A DNA stretch of 63,763 nucleotides, filler included, from an uncultured Methanosarcinales archaeon (lineage in GTDB: Archaea; Nanobdellota; Nanobdellia; Woesearchaeales; CAZOXR01): assembly GCA_964566535.1 (NCBI GenBank). It is 4 parts of 4 records of this genome, joined end to end, with 100 filler letters (N's around TTAATTAATTAA, not from the genome) between each part and the next. Parts side by side here need not be neighbours in the genome. Positions count along the whole stretch, not along the records: positions 62,146 to 63,763 come from CAZMIO010000031.1; 3 more parts are not named here. One strand, written 5' to 3'. The position numbers and the translations under genes are program-made. The notes beneath the pieces were generated by a model. The model saw only the letters and a list, made by a program, of their open reading frames with translations, was not told the origin of the DNA and did not search any database. Below, piece by piece: positions 62,147 to 63,763 of this stretch (the stretch's first letter is position 1; each line of letters opens with the position of its first letter).

Positions 62147-63763
62147 GTCGGGATTGGGAAAACTTCTCCTAACTATAAGTTAGATGTTGATGGTACAATA
62201 AATGCTTCTGGAGCGCATATTGATGGCGATTTGAATGTAACAGGCTCCACATACTTTGGCGCGCAATCCTTTACAAACATAGATGCTTCCGGGAATGTTG
62301 TTGCAAAAGGAAACTTGACTGTTAATAATACTGTTTTGTTTGTTAATAGGGATAGCGGCAAGATTGGGATTGGGACTACTACGCCTTCAACTAGGTTACA
62401 CGTTGAAGGAGAATTAACAGTTGTTGGCAATATTACTGCGCATACTGTAAGGAGCAACTTTACGCAGCCTAGCTATGATCCTATAGATGATGGTTTAGTT
62501 CTGTATCTGCCTTTCTCTGAAAACAGCATCAATACATCTAATAGTACTTATGACAGGAGCAGGTATGGCAATGATGGGAATCTAGTTAATATGAATGATG
62601 GAGACTATAATGCCAGAGATGCAGGCATTAATACAAGTGGCTGGGAAAGAGGAAGATTAGGGTATGGTTTGAAGTTTGACGGAATGAATGATTATGTTAA
62701 TATCAGCAAGAGCAACAGCTTAACTTTCGGTGATGGGACTAATGACGAGCCATTCAGCATCTCTGTCTGGCTAAGGACGGATTCGTCCATACAAAATATC
62801 GACCGCCATATTGTATCCAAGCCAAATGAATGGAGGCTTTTGTATGAATCAGGATTTATAAGAATGAGAGTAGAGGATGATAGTCAAAGTGACAATCCAA
62901 GAGCGCAAGCTACTCCGCCTGCTGACGGAGACTGGTTCCATCTTGTTGCCACTTATGACGGCAGAGGCGGCGCAAATGCAGACGAAGGCCTGAATATATA
63001 CTTTGATAGTGTAGATGCAAATCCTAGCAGGGTAGTTGATGGCGGCCTTTATGTAGCAATGGAAGACAAGGGAGAAAGTGTCCAGATAGGATCAAATGCG
63101 GGAAGAAACGCTTTCTTCAACGGAACAATAGATGAGGTAAGGATATACAACAAGGTATTGCTACCAGAAGAAATCAGAGGCTTGTATATGGCAGGAGTGA
63201 ATGCAACTTTACTGCCTTATGTCAATGCGACTTCCGGCAATATCGGGATTGGGAAAACTTCTCCTAACTATAAGTTAGATGTTGATGGTACAATAAATGC
63301 TTCTGGAGCGCATATTGATGGCGATTTGAATGTAACAGGCTCCACATACTTTGGCGCGCAATCCTTTACAAACATAGATGCTTCCGGGAATGTTGTTGCA
63401 AAAGGAAACTTGACTGTTAATAATACTGTTCTGTTTGTTGATAGGGATAGCGGCAATGTGGGGATTGGGACTGCGAGTCCAGCAGTAAAGTTAGAGGTAA
63501 GTGGTGGAGTAATTCGTGCAGCATCTGGCACAACTCTCGGAATTAGTTTAGGTGCTCCTACTGGGACTTATGGGGGAAAAATCTTACTTGCTGATGCTGG
63601 CTATATTGCGATTGGGATTCCTTCATCTAATGTCGTTCATTTTATATCTAGTGGAGGAACCAGTAAACTTGAAATATCTGATTATGGTTCTGTGCAAATG
63701 GATGGAAATTTATCAGTTGATGGTACAGGTGACAGTTATATTCAAGGCAACGTCGGGATTGGG
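62147..63763 (+). CDS. Internal fragment of a large surface protein with a LamG domain and G(N/K)(V/I)GIG repeats
   Basis: Frame read by eye as open across the contig: GLVLYLPF, LKFDG..DYV, WFHLVATYDG, FNGTIDEVRIYN; absent from the ORF track. Confidence 0.85.
62148..63472 (+). repeat. Near-identical direct repeat of about 230 bp (62148-62377 and 63243-63472)
   Basis: Both copies encode GIGKTSPNYKLDVDG...DSG; offset 1095 bp; they flank the LamG domain. Confidence 0.9.

Noticed and set aside
62148..63472. Diversity-generating retroelement TR/VR pair
   Set aside because: Both copies are in-frame coding and almost identical, and no reverse transcriptase is in the window
62173..63531. Two similar minus-strand ORFs
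   Set aside because: Antisense of the direct repeat in the plus-strand LamG gene

Overview
This window is four contigs of an archaeal MAG (1-8640, 8741-39532, 39633-62045, 62146-63763) joined by artificial 100-nt N/TTAATTAATTAA spacers. Archaeal ribosomal proteins, Rpo7/Spt4, RadB, MBF1 and TATA-type mostly leaderless promoters show it is archaeal; the gene content and many orphans suggest a DPANN lineage, probably Woesearchaeota-like (inference). Contig 1 is a glycosyltransferase/dTDP-rhamnose cluster. Contig 2 carries P-II/glnA, an AsnB-Dph6 fusion, transporters, transcription/translation genes and interspersed orphans. Contig 3 holds metabolic and repair genes, a stand-alone 5S rRNA and a UDP-sugar operon. 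Contig 4 is an internal fragment of a repetitive LamG surface protein. The most notable observations are: (1) a full-length bacterial-type sigma-70 homolog behind an archaeal promoter, with degenerate DNA-recognition residues; (2) a family of three related two-arm palindromic non-coding elements with compensatory changes; (3) a solenoid-repeat protein with a putative ADP-ribosyltransferase-like C-terminus split by a TGG>TAG change; (4) a remodelled ribosomal stalk; (5) a GATase-AsnB-Dph6 fusion abutting glnA. All calls come from motif recognition by eye; no searches were run.
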